Positions 1 to 9,562 of a stretch of DNA of 32,000 nucleotides are shown piece after piece. Origin of the DNA: Candidatus Saccharimonadota bacterium. Its GTDB lineage: Bacteria > Pseudomonadota > Gammaproteobacteria > Enterobacterales > Enterobacteriaceae. Position 1 is the stretch's first letter; each line of letters begins with the position of its first letter. Under the pieces are notes generated by a model. It saw only the letters and a program-made list of their open reading frames with translations, was not told where the DNA came from and searched no databases. A program made the position numbers and the translations under genes. Location: assembly GCF_964059045.1 (NCBI RefSeq), contig NZ_OZ060402.1, positions 360,001-392,000 on the forward strand. Reading direction: 5' to 3'.

Positions 1-572
1 TATTAAGACCTGATTCAAAAAAATTAGAATTAGTACACAGAATTGATAAAGAAACTTCTGGAATTTTAATTATCTCTAAAAAACATTTTGCTTTAAAAGA
101 ATTACATCAACAATTAAGAGAAAAAAAAATAAAAAAAAAATACATTACATTTGTTCATGGTCAATGGCCATATAATACTAAAATAATAAAAGTCCCTTTA
201 TTAAAAAAAAAGGGTATCTCAACAATGAATAAAAACCAAGTATATGTAAATAATTCCGGAAAAATTTCAGAAACATATTTTAAAATTATAAAAAATTATC
301 CAAAAACTACTCTAATTTCTGCTTTTCCAAAAACTGGACGTACTCATCAAATTCGCGTACATGCTTTACATGCAGGCCATCCAATAGTATTTGATCATCG
401 ATATGGTTCCAGTCAGTTAGATTTAGAAATCAATAAAAACAATCATTTATCTAAAAGATTATTATTACATGCACAAAGTATAACGTTTATACATCCTTAT
501 TCAAAAAAAAAAATGTATATAGAAGCTCCATTAGATCATACATTTAAACAATGTTTTGATCTATTTAATTAA
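1..572 (+). CDS. rluC: 23S rRNA pseudouridine synthase RluC, 3' part (the 5' end lies upstream of the window)
   Basis: The frame starting at base 3 is open to the TAA at 570-572. The track ORF 225..572 merely starts at an internal Met. Bases 3-224 translate to LRPDSKKLELVHRIDKETSGILIISKKHFALKELHQQLREKKIKKKYITFVHGQW, which contains the RluA-family catalytic HRxDxxTSG motif (Asp codon 45-47). GRTHQIRVH lies downstream. Confidence 0.88.
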   Translation, partial: LRPDSKKLELVHRIDKETSGILIISKKHFALKELHQQLREKKIKKKYITFVHGQWPYNTKIIKVPLLKKKGISTMNKNQVYVNNSGKISETYFKIIKNYPKTTLISAFPKTGRTHQIRVHALHAGHPIVFDHRYGSSQLDLEINKNNHLSKRLLLHAQSITFIHPYSKKKMYIEAPLDHTFKQCFDLFN

Positions 573-625
573 AATGGATATGATTGAAATTCTTATAATA
601 TTATTTACTTATTTCAGGGGGAAAA

Positions 626-796
626 ATGGCTGTTCAAAAAAATAAACCTACTAGATCAAAAAGAGGAATGCGAAGATCACATGATTCTATTCAATTACCA
701 ACATTATCTATAGATAAAAAATCTGGTGAAATTCATCGCAGACATCATATAACTCAAAAAGGATATTATAAAGGTAAGAAAGTTATTGAAAAATAA
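626..796 (+). CDS. rpmF: 50S ribosomal protein bL32
   Basis: Absent from the ORF track because it is too short (56 aa). ATG at 626, TAA at 794-796. It translates to [56 protein letters not shown], a typical bL32 N-terminus. A GGGGG Shine-Dalgarno sits at 617-621. The position between rluC and the fab cluster matches enterobacterial synteny. Confidence 0.93.
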   Translation: MAVQKNKPTRSKRGMRRSHDSIQLPTLSIDKKSGEIHRRHHITQKGYYKGKKVIEK

Positions 797-951
797 TTTA
801 ATAAAATTTATATATATATTTATTAAGATATATAAAATTTATGCAAAAAAAAATATATAAAAATATTTTATATATTAATATAAAAAATAATTTTTTAATA
901 TTCATTTTTATAAATATTATAAAAGTATGATTTTATCAAAGGACACTTAAT

Positions 952-1893
952 ATGACTTTTGCAATGATTTTTCCAGGACAAGGGTCACATAATTTTGATT
1001 TGTTAAAAAAAATATCATTATATAATTCTATAATTAAAAAAACGTTTGATGAAGCTTCTTATTATATCAATTTTAATTTATGGAAATTAATCCAGAAAAA
1101 AAATTTAGATATAATGAATTATAATAAATATATTCAAGCAATAATATTAACTACTTCCGTATCTATTTATAGATTATGGAAAAAAAAAATAAAAATAAAT
1201 CCAAATATAGTAGCTGGTCATAGTCTAGGTGAATATTCTGCTTTAGTATGTGCAAAATGTATTCATTTTTGTGATGGATTAAAAATAGTAATGATTAGAA
1301 ATCAACTAATGAAAGATGCTATGATTAGAAAACCAGGAAGAATGATCGCTATAATTGGTTTAAAAATAAATATCATAAAAAATATATGTTATAAATTTTC
1401 AAAACAAGAAATAGTTTCTATAGCATGTATTAATTCTGAATTAGAAGTTGTGATTTCAGGAAACAAAAAAAGTGTACAATTAGCTGGAGAAGAGTGCAAA
1501 AAATATGGTGCTAAAGCAATATTTAAATTATCTATGCACATTGCTTCACATTGCCAATTAATGAAATCTGCCGCAATTAAGTTATTGGATGTAATAAAAA
1601 AAATAATATTCCATAAACCATTATTTCCAATAATCAACAATATTGCAGTTAAGTGTGAAACCTCTGGTGAAAAAATTAAAATTGCTTTAATAAAACAATT
1701 ATATCAACCTGTTTTCTGGAAACAAACAATTGAATATATTATTTCCAAAAAAATACCATTAATATTAGAAATAGGTATAAGTAACGTTTTAACTAATTTA
1801 AATAAAAACTTAATAAATATACTTTCTATATCTTTATCAAATCAAAACAATTTTTTAAAAGCAAAAAAATATCTAAAAAAGGAGAATTATTAA
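952..1893 (+). CDS. fabD: malonyl-CoA:ACP transacylase
   Basis: 313 aa, collinear with E. coli FabD. It has the FPGQGS N-terminus, the GHSLGEYSAL nucleophile motif and the conserved SHC-LM His region. AAGGA lies 8 nt before the ATG. Confidence 0.93.
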   Translation: MTFAMIFPGQGSHNFDLLKKISLYNSIIKKTFDEASYYINFNLWKLIQKKNLDIMNYNKYIQAIILTTSVSIYRLWKKKIKINPNIVAGHSLGEYSALVCAKCIHFCDGLKIVMIRNQLMKDAMIRKPGRMIAIIGLKINIIKNICYKFSKQEIVSIACINSELEVVISGNKKSVQLAGEECKKYGAKAIFKLSMHIASHCQLMKSAAIKLLDVIKKIIFHKPLFPIINNIAVKCETSGEKIKIALIKQLYQPVFWKQTIEYIISKKIPLILEIGISNVLTNLNKNLINILSISLSNQNNFLKAKKYLKKENY

Positions 1894-1894
1894 A

Positions 1895-2622
1895 TTGAAA
1901 AACAACATTGCTTTAGTTACAGGAGCAAATAGAGGAATTGGCAAAGTTATAGCAGAAAAACTAAAAAAAAAGTAAAAATGGTTATTGGAACAGCTACTAC
2001 TCAATCAGAAGTAGAAAAAATTAATAAATTTTTAAAAAATCATGGCATAGGTACAATATTAAATTTTGAAAATTCTCTTTCTATAGATAATACTATAAAT
2101 ATGATTTATAAAAATTTTGGTTCTATTGATATATTAATTAATAATGCTGGAATTAACTATGATAAACTATTAATGAATATTAATTTGTTTGAATGGAATA
2201 AAATTATCAAAATTAATTTAACTTCAGTATTTCATATTTCAAAAAATGTTATAAAAAATATGATAAGGAAAAAACAAGGAAGAATTATTACCATTGGATC
2301 TATTATTGGTCAGATTGGGAATATTGGTCAAACAAGTTACGCAGCTACTAAATCTGGTATCATAGGATTTCACAAATCACTTGCTTTAGAAGTAGCAAGA
2401 TATGGTATTACTGTAAATATAATTGCACCTGGTTTTATAAAAACTAATATGACTAATAATTTAAACAATATTCAAAAAAAAAAATATTTATCTAAAATTC
2501 CTATGAATAGATTTGGACACGCTAATGATATTGCGAATGCTGTAATTTTTTTAGCATCCAATAAATCCGCATATATTACTGGTCATATCTTACATGTTAA
2601 TGGTGGAATGTACATGAATTAA
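1895..2622 (+). pseudogene. fabG: 3-oxoacyl-ACP reductase FabG, interrupted by one frameshift in an A9 run (1963-1971); otherwise fully conserved and possibly expressed via slippage
   Basis: TTG 1895 follows AGGAG at 1880-1884 and opens LKNNIALVTGANRGIGKVIAEKLKKK, which ends at TAA 1973-1975. The remainder (VKMVIGTAT...YAATK...HVNGGMYMN; track ORF 1978..2622) is in the adjacent frame, which is open from 1933. Adding one A to the run restores a FabG of about 242 aa (E. coli 244). Confidence 0.85.
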
Positions 2623-2735
2623 ATTTAATTATGGTTAATAATAAATAGATAAATAATATTATACTTTACTATATCCAGTTATTTATAATATTATTAATAT
2701 ATTTTATTTATTAATTAAATATAGGAAAATCTATT

Positions 2736-2978
2736 ATGATAAACAATATTGAAAATAAAATTAAAAAAATTATTTCAAATCAATTGGAATTACCATTTAA
2801 AAAAATATTAAACACAGATTTTTATACTAAAAATTTACATGCTGATTCACTCGATATTATTGAATTAATTATGTCTTTTGAAAAAGAATTTAATATTCAA
2901 ATTTCTGATGAAGATGCAGAACAATTGACTAACGTACAAAATACTATCGATTATATATACAATAAAATAAATAATTAA
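2736..2978 (+). CDS. acpP: acyl carrier protein
   Basis: 80 aa with the DSLD phosphopantetheine-attachment motif (LHADSLDIIELIMSFEKEF). It sits downstream of fabG as in E. coli. AGGA lies about 9 nt upstream of the ATG. Confidence 0.93.
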   Translation: MINNIENKIKKIISNQLELPFKKILNTDFYTKNLHADSLDIIELIMSFEKEFNIQISDEDAEQLTNVQNTIDYIYNKINN

Positions 2979-3199
2979 AAATATTTATTTTGAATAAAAA
3001 TAATATTTTGAATTAATATAAACATAAATTTATTAAATATGAATTTAAAAAAATAATTTTATAAAATAATATTAATAAAATATAAAAATATAAAATTAAA
3101 ATAATAATTGTTCTTGAAAAAAATCATTAAATTCTATAATATTTTTGATTTTTATCCATATAATATATATATTATATATAAAAAAAAATCGTAATTATC

Positions 3200-3847
3200 A
3201 TGTATAAAAAATTTTTTAATAACAAATTTATTGTGGTTGAAGGAATCGAAGGTGCTGGAAAGAAACATGCTTGTTTATTGATTAAACAAATTTTAAAAAT
3301 GAATGGAATAAAAAATGTTATTTCTATTAGAGAACCAGGAAGTACTGCTATTGCTGAAAAAATTAGAATATTAATTAAAGAACAACATTACAAAGAAAAA
3401 ATAATAAATATTACTGAATTATTATTAATATATGCAGCAAGAACACAATTAATAGAAACAATAGTCAAACCAGCGCTAAAAAAAGGAAAATGGATTATCA
3501 GTGATAGACATGATTTATCATCTTTTGCATATCAAGGCGGAGGATCTGGTATAAGTTCTAAAACAATTTCAAAAATAAGAAAAATTTGTTTAAAAAATTT
3601 TTATCCTGATTTAACTGTCTATTTGGATGTAGATCCTGAAATTGGTTTAAAAAGAGCGTTTTCTAGAGGAAATGTAGATCGAATAGAAAAAAAAAATATA
3701 AATTTTTTTATTAGAACTAGAGAACGTTATTTAGAATTAATTTCTAAAAACCCAAAATCAATTACAATCAATGCAAACAAAAACCTCTATATTGTTCAAC
3801 AAACAATTTTAAAAAAAATAAAAAAATGGCTAAAAATACAAACATAA
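3200..3847 (+). CDS. tmk: thymidylate kinase
   Basis: 215 aa with the P-loop VVEGIEGAGKKH and the DRH/LID region. Collinear with E. coli Tmk (213 aa) and followed by holB as in E. coli. Confidence 0.92.
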   Translation: MYKKFFNNKFIVVEGIEGAGKKHACLLIKQILKMNGIKNVISIREPGSTAIAEKIRILIKEQHYKEKIINITELLLIYAARTQLIETIVKPALKKGKWIISDRHDLSSFAYQGGGSGISSKTISKIRKICLKNFYPDLTVYLDVDPEIGLKRAFSRGNVDRIEKKNINFFIRTRERYLELISKNPKSITINANKNLYIVQQTILKKIKKWLKIQT

Positions 3848-4825
3848 ATTTATTTCCATGGCAATACATTCATTATAATAATATTATTTCACAACATCAA
3901 ATGAAAAAAAGTCATCATGCCATAATAATTAAATCCAATCAAAATATAGGAACATTTGAATTAATATGGAACATCAGTAAATGGATTTTATGTACTAATA
4001 AACAAGAAAAAAACAGTTGTAATAAATGTAATAGTTGTATTTTAATGAACAATAACAATCATCCAGATTGGTATCATATAAAAAAAAAAAATACACCATA
4101 ACATCGGAATTAATAATATTCTATATTTAATAGAAAATATATCTAAAACATCTCAACAAGGCATTGCTAAAATTTGTTTTTTTTCTCATGCTGAAAAATT
4201 AACTGAAAGTGCTATAAATGCATTATTAAAAATAATAGAGGAACCACCAAAAAATACTTGGTTTTTTTTTGAAAATAATAATAATTTAAGTTTACACCAT
4301 ACATTAAAAAGTCGTTGTATTATATGGAATGTATTTCCACCTTCAGAGCAAGTAGGAATAAAATGGTTAAAAACAAAAATTACATTACCAAAAAAAATGT
4401 ACGCAACATCTTTAAAAATTTGTGATTATTCTCCTATTCAAGCAGAAAAATTATTTTCTCAATTACTTTGGGAAAAAAGATTAAACTTTTATAATCAATT
4501 AGAAAATTCTATAAAAACAAATAATATGATAAAATTACTAGTTTATTTTAATCATGATCATAAAAAAATTATTTTTTGGATTTGTTCATTATTACTTGAT
4601 GTTATCAAATGGAAACATAAATTATACACATTAATAACTAATATAGATAAAGTTGAATTAATTACACAATTATCTCAAATTAATTCTTTTAAATATTTAA
4701 ACAAGTCCATTCAATCATGGATAAAATGCCGTTATAAATTAATTACTATCAATGGAATTAACCATGAATTAATTATCGTAGAACAATTATTGTATTGGCA
4801 ATATATATCAAATACATTTAATTAA
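3826..4825 (+). pseudogene. holB: DNA polymerase III delta-prime subunit HolB, interrupted by one frameshift in an A12 run (4080-4091); otherwise conserved and possibly expressed via slippage
   Basis: Track ORFs 3826..4101 and 4397..4825 are a single gene. The first frame ends ...HPDWYHIKKKNTP* at TAA 4099-4101. I checked the next frame codon by codon and it is open from 4082 to 4825. It reads IHHNIGINNILYLIENISKTSQQGIAKICFFSHAEKLTESAINALLKIIEEPPKNTWFFF...LKSRC, matching the E. coli HolB sensor and SRC regions. The Zn-module cysteines CNKCNSC lie before the shift. Removing one A gives about 332 aa (E. coli 334). The start overlaps the tmk 3' end by 22 nt. Confidence 0.85.
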
Positions 4826-4853
4826 TTTTATAAACATTAGAGAAAAAAACTTT

Positions 4854-5648
4854 ATGTTATTTATCGACAGTCATTGTCATTTAGATCAATTAAATTATAG
4901 TAAATTATACAAAAACATCGATGATTTATTTAAAAAAGCATATAATAATCATGTAAAATTATTTTTATCTGTTTCTACTTCCTTAAAAAATTTTCAAAAT
5001 TTATTAAAACTCTTTCCTAATCAAAAAAATATATTGTATTCTTGTGGAATCCATCCATTAAATTGTGATTTAGAAATTATTGATTTAATAAAATTAAAAA
5101 GATTTTCTATGTATAATCAAGTAATTGCCATTGGTGAAACTGGTTTAGATTATTATTATCAAAAAAACAAAAAAAAACCACAACAATATTTATTTAGAAA
5201 ACATATACAAATAGCCAAAAGTATCCAAAAACCAATCATAGTACACTCTAGACAAGCAAAAGAAGATACAATAAAAATATTACAAGAAGAAAATGCTCAA
5301 TTTTGTCAAGGTATACTACATTCTTTTTCTGAAGATGTTCAATTTGCTAAAAAGTTATTAGATATAGGTTTTTACATTTCATTTTCAGGAATGATTACTT
5401 TTAAAAATTCAGATATAATTAGAAAAGTTTTAAAATATATTCCTATAGATTCTTTATTAATAGAAACTGATTCACCTTATTTAACTCCAGTGCCTTATCG
5501 AGGACAAGAAAACCAACCTAGTTATTTGTATGATATTGCAAAATATATATCATGTCAGAAAAAAATTAACATAGAATATTTATCAGAAATAACTACAAAT
5601 AATTTTTGTAAACTATTTAATATCAATATATCTGAAATTTTAAAATAA
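4854..5648 (+). CDS. ycfH: TatD-family metal-dependent hydrolase/DNase YcfH
   Basis: 264 aa with the N-terminal DSHCHLD metal-binding motif, GETGLDYY and ETDSPYL. It sits after holB and before ptsG as in E. coli. Confidence 0.9.
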   Translation: MLFIDSHCHLDQLNYSKLYKNIDDLFKKAYNNHVKLFLSVSTSLKNFQNLLKLFPNQKNILYSCGIHPLNCDLEIIDLIKLKRFSMYNQVIAIGETGLDYYYQKNKKKPQQYLFRKHIQIAKSIQKPIIVHSRQAKEDTIKILQEENAQFCQGILHSFSEDVQFAKKLLDIGFYISFSGMITFKNSDIIRKVLKYIPIDSLLIETDSPYLTPVPYRGQENQPSYLYDIAKYISCQKKINIEYLSEITTNNFCKLFNINISEILK

Positions 5649-5770
5649 AATAATAAAAAATTAGTATAAATCTGTCAATTCACATTAAATAAATATTAAA
5701 AATTATAAAAAAAATATTTAAATACAATCTAATTTATAGATTAGATTTATACCAGGAGTTTGACAATAAT

Positions 5771-7198
5771 ATGTTTAACAATTCATTTGCAAACCTGCAA
5801 AAGGTAGGTAAATCTCTTATGCTTCCAGTTTCTGTATTACCCATTGCTGGAATTTTATTAGGTATTGGATCTGCTAATTTGCATTTTATACCATTAATTA
5901 TATCACATATTATGGCTGAAGCAGGTAGTTCAGTATTTACTAATATGCCATTAATTTTTGCTATTGGTGTAGCATTAGGATTTACTAAAAATGATGGTGT
6001 ATCAGCATTAGCTTCTGTCGTATCATATGGAATTATGACACATACTTTATCAGTTGTAGCACCAATGATTTTACATATAGATGCAATAACAATAGATAAA
6101 CAACATTTATGTGATACTGGTATTGTGGGAGGGATTATTGTTGGTATTGTTTCTTCTTATTTATTTAACATATGCCATCACATTCAATTGCCAGAATATT
6201 TAGGATTTTTTACAGGTAAAAGATTTGTACCCATTGCTTCTGGACTAGCATCTATAATTTTGGGAATTGTATTAGCATTTATTTGGCCACCAATCGGTCA
6301 TATGATAAAATCTTTCTCTTCATGGGCTGCTTATCAAAATCCTTTATTAGCATTTGGTATTTACGGTATAGTAGAACGAATGTTAGTACCTTTAGGGTTG
6401 CATCATATTTGGAATGTACCATTTCAAATGCAAATTGGAGAATACACTAATTCTATTGGACAAGTTTTTCATGGTGATATTGCAAGATATATGGCTGGTG
6501 ACCCTACAGCAGGAAGACTATCTGGTGGTTTTTTATTTAAAATGTATGGATTACCTGGAGCTGCATTAGCTATATGGAAATGTGCTAAAAAAACCAATCA
6601 AAAAAAAATAGGAGGTATTATGATTTCTGCTTCCTTAACTGCTTTTTTAACTGGAATTACAGAACCAATAGAATTTTCTTTTATATTAGTAGCACCAGTA
6701 CTATATGTCATTCATTCAATCTTATCTGGTTTAGCTTTTACTATATGTGCTTTTTTAGATATGAAAGCTGGTACTAGTTTTTCTCACGGTTTAATTGATT
6801 TTATAATATTAAGTGGTAATAGTAATAAAATATGGTTATTTCCAATTATTGGATTTATGTATACATTAACATATTATTTGATTTTTTATATTTTAATCAA
6901 AAAATTTAATCTTAATACACCAGGAAGAGAAAAAATAATTTCAAATAAATTTAAAAATAACGATGAAATAGCATTAAATTTAATAACTATTTTAGGTAAA
7001 AAAAACAATATTAGCAATCTAGATGCATGTATTACCAGACTTCGTATTTCTGTTGTAGAAATATCTAAAGTAAATAAAAATGAATTAAATATGATTGGTG
7101 CTTCTGGTATTATTATATCTGGAACAGGAATTCAAATTGTTTTTGGAACCAAATCGGACAAAATTAAAAATTTAATGGAAAAATATATGAATAATTAA
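5771..7198 (+). CDS. ptsG: PTS glucose-specific EIICB component
   Basis: 475 aa (E. coli 477). It has a polytopic EIIC domain (GITEPIEF motif) and a C-terminal EIIB domain with the phospho-cysteine motif ACITRLR. Confidence 0.93.
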   Translation: MFNNSFANLQKVGKSLMLPVSVLPIAGILLGIGSANLHFIPLIISHIMAEAGSSVFTNMPLIFAIGVALGFTKNDGVSALASVVSYGIMTHTLSVVAPMILHIDAITIDKQHLCDTGIVGGIIVGIVSSYLFNICHHIQLPEYLGFFTGKRFVPIASGLASIILGIVLAFIWPPIGHMIKSFSSWAAYQNPLLAFGIYGIVERMLVPLGLHHIWNVPFQMQIGEYTNSIGQVFHGDIARYMAGDPTAGRLSGGFLFKMYGLPGAALAIWKCAKKTNQKKIGGIMISASLTAFLTGITEPIEFSFILVAPVLYVIHSILSGLAFTICAFLDMKAGTSFSHGLIDFIILSGNSNKIWLFPIIGFMYTLTYYLIFYILIKKFNLNTPGREKIISNKFKNNDEIALNLITILGKKNNISNLDACITRLRISVVEISKVNKNELNMIGASGIIISGTGIQIVFGTKSDKIKNLMEKYMNN

Positions 7199-7212
7199 CC
7201 AAATAAAAAATT

Positions 7213-7251
7213 TTACACAAGGTAAAAATAAAAATACTTAACCTTGTGTAA
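7213..7251 (+). terminator. hairpin downstream of ptsG (candidate intrinsic terminator)
   Basis: TTACACAAGGT (7213-7223) is the perfect reverse complement of ACCTTGTGTAA (7241-7251). This gives an 11-bp stem with 4 G:C pairs and a 17-nt A-rich loop, starting 15 nt after the ptsG stop. The trailing sequence TCATTAATT is only weakly U-rich, and the loop is large. Confidence 0.45.
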
Positions 7252-7331
7252 TCATTAATTGTAATATTAAAACATAACAAAGATAAATTTATTTTTCTAA
7301 AATAAAAGTATTCTTATATAAGGCGATATTT

Positions 7332-7688
7332 ATGACGGAAGAACAAACTATTTTCCATAAGATTATTCAAGGAAAGATTAAAGCTGATATCATCTATCAA
7401 GATAAATATCTTATGGCTATTAAAGATATTAATCCTCAATCTCCAGTACATATATTAATTATTCCAAAAACATATATACCTAATTCTAATTATATTAATA
7501 AAACAAATAAAAAATTATTTGGATACATGTTTTACATTGCTATAAAAATAGCAAAAAAAATTAAAATTGATAAAGATGGATATAGAATTATATTAAATTG
7601 TAATAAAAATGCTGGACAAGAAATTTTTTATTTACATATACATCTATTAGGTGGTAAAAATTTAGGTACATTATTAAATAATAAATAA
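7332..7688 (+). CDS. hinT: HIT-family purine nucleoside phosphoramidase HinT (YcfF)
   Basis: 118 aa with the histidine-triad motif YLHIHLLGG near the C-terminus and the N-terminal IFHKII...G region. Its position after ptsG follows E. coli ycf synteny. Confidence 0.9.
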   Translation: MTEEQTIFHKIIQGKIKADIIYQDKYLMAIKDINPQSPVHILIIPKTYIPNSNYINKTNKKLFGYMFYIAIKIAKKIKIDKDGYRIILNCNKNAGQEIFYLHIHLLGGKNLGTLLNNK

Positions 7689-8009
7689 TATATATATTTA
7701 AATTTAACATTATATTTTTAAAATAAATCAATAATGAATAATTTTAAAATTACAACATATAATATATATTAATTTTTTATATAAAAATATGTATATTTAA
7801 TATATATCTTAATATATATTTTATGCCTAAATCATAGATAATTAAATTAAGGATGTAAATAAGTTTAAATTATATAAATATTTTTATTTTAATTAATAAA
7901 AATATTATTTATTGATATATTTTATATAAAAATTATTATTGAATATAAAAATACATTTTTATTAATGATAAAAAAAAATAATTTAATCATTAAAAATAAA
8001 ATAATTAAA

Positions 8010-9407
8010 TTAAAATTGAAAATTTTTTACTGTACGTGGAAAAGGAATCAAATCTCTAACATTAGATAATCCTGTAATATAAGCAATCAATCTTTCAAAT
8101 CCTAAACCAAATCCTGAATGTGGAACTGTCCCGTAACGACGAAGATCAAGATACCACCAATAATCTTGATCATTTAAACCTAATTCCTTTAATCTATTTT
8201 TAAGAAAATCAATTCTATCTTCTCTTTCTGATCCACCAATAATCTCACCTATTCCTGGTAATAAAATATCAACTGCAGCAACTGTATTTCCATCATCATT
8301 TAATTTCATATAAAAAGCTTTTAATTCTTTTGGATAATTTTTAATAATTACTGGTTTATTATTAAAATAAGAAACAATATATTTTTCATGTTCAGAGAAT
8401 AAATCTATACCAAAAAAAACTTTTTCTTGAAATTTTTCTTTAGATTTTAATAAAATATCAATAACATCAATATAGTCAATATTGGTAAAATCTTGAATTA
8501 AAAAATTTTCTAATCTATTTTTTATTTTTTGATCAATATATTGTGATAAAAAATTTATTTCATGAAAACAATTTTTTAATACAATATTAACTACATATTT
8601 TAATATAGATTCAGCTAAAAATATAATATTTGTTAAATTTGAAAAAGACTGTTCTACTTCCAGCATCCAAAACTCGGCTAAATGACGACTAGTATTAGAA
8701 TTTTCTGCACGAAATGTAGGACCAAAAGTATATACTTTAGATAAAGAACAAGCATATGATTCTAAAGTTAATTGCCCTGAAACAGTTAAAAAAGATTCTT
8801 TACCAAAAAAATCTTTTTTAAAATTCACAGATCCATCTTGATTTTTAGGTATTTTATTAAAATCAAAAGTAGATAGACGAAACATCTTACCTGTACCTTC
8901 AGCATCAATGCCAGTAATAATTGGTGTAGGTATCCAATAATATTTTTTTTGATCTAAAAATAAATGTAAAGATTGCATCACACAATGTCTAATTCTTGTT
9001 ATAACGCCTATTAAATTTGTTCTAGATCTTAAGTGAGTCATAGTACGTAAAAATTCCAGACTATGTTTTTTATTAGATATAGGATATGTATCTGGTTGAT
9101 CAATCCATCCTGTTATTTTAATATTTTGAGAAACAACTTCATATTTTTGTTTATTACCTTTAGATAAAATTAATGTTCCGTGAACAATGACAGAGCAACC
9201 AACAGTTAATTGTAATATATTTGTATAATTAGATAATGTATTATTAGCTATAATTTGCATAGGATCGCAAGTAGAACCATCATAAATATCTAAAAAAGAA
9301 AAACCTAATTTCGAAATTCTTTTATTTTTAATCCAACCGCAAATTACAATTTTATCATTGATTTCAATTTTATCTTCATATATATCTATTATAGACACAA
9401 TCTGCAT
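8010..9407 (-). CDS. asnS: asparagine--tRNA ligase
   Basis: 465 aa (E. coli 466). It has class II motifs including FRAENSNTSRHLAEFWMLE and a GFGLGFERL C-terminal region. ATG at 9405-9407 (reverse strand). Confidence 0.94.
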   Translation of the reverse strand: MQIVSIIDIYEDKIEINDKIVICGWIKNKRISKLGFSFLDIYDGSTCDPMQIIANNTLSNYTNILQLTVGCSVIVHGTLILSKGNKQKYEVVSQNIKITGWIDQPDTYPISNKKHSLEFLRTMTHLRSRTNLIGVITRIRHCVMQSLHLFLDQKKYYWIPTPIITGIDAEGTGKMFRLSTFDFNKIPKNQDGSVNFKKDFFGKESFLTVSGQLTLESYACSLSKVYTFGPTFRAENSNTSRHLAEFWMLEVEQSFSNLTNIIFLAESILKYVVNIVLKNCFHEINFLSQYIDQKIKNRLENFLIQDFTNIDYIDVIDILLKSKEKFQEKVFFGIDLFSEHEKYIVSYFNNKPVIIKNYPKELKAFYMKLNDDGNTVAAVDILLPGIGEIIGGSEREDRIDFLKNRLKELGLNDQDYWWYLDLRRYGTVPHSGFGLGFERLIAYITGLSNVRDLIPFPRTVKNFQF

Positions 9408-9562
9408 ATTTATTTATACCTTATATCTATATAATGAATATTTTATTAATAAAATATTTTTTCTTAAAAAATAAATATATTAAAAGTATATTATTTTGAA
9501 TGAATAAATTAAGATTAATATTATTATTAATATTTATATATTTTTCTATTTTATAAATACTA

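Noticed and set aside
1389-1640. 83-aa ORF on the minus strand
   Set aside because: It is antisense inside fabD and is a shadow ORF.
3158-3177. 20-bp palindrome ATATAATATATATATTATAT upstream of tmk
   Set aside because: It is essentially (TA)n low-complexity sequence, which is self-complementary by construction.
9437-9458. 22-bp perfect A/T palindrome AATATTTTATT|AATAAAATATT, 30-50 nt upstream of asnS
   Set aside because: With 11-bp arms in pure A/T sequence, about 0.5^11 per centre, a few such palindromes are expected by chance in about 5 kb of spacer. It shares the 11-mer AATAAAATATT with the 13164 repeat, but this is likely one of the commonest words in this composition.
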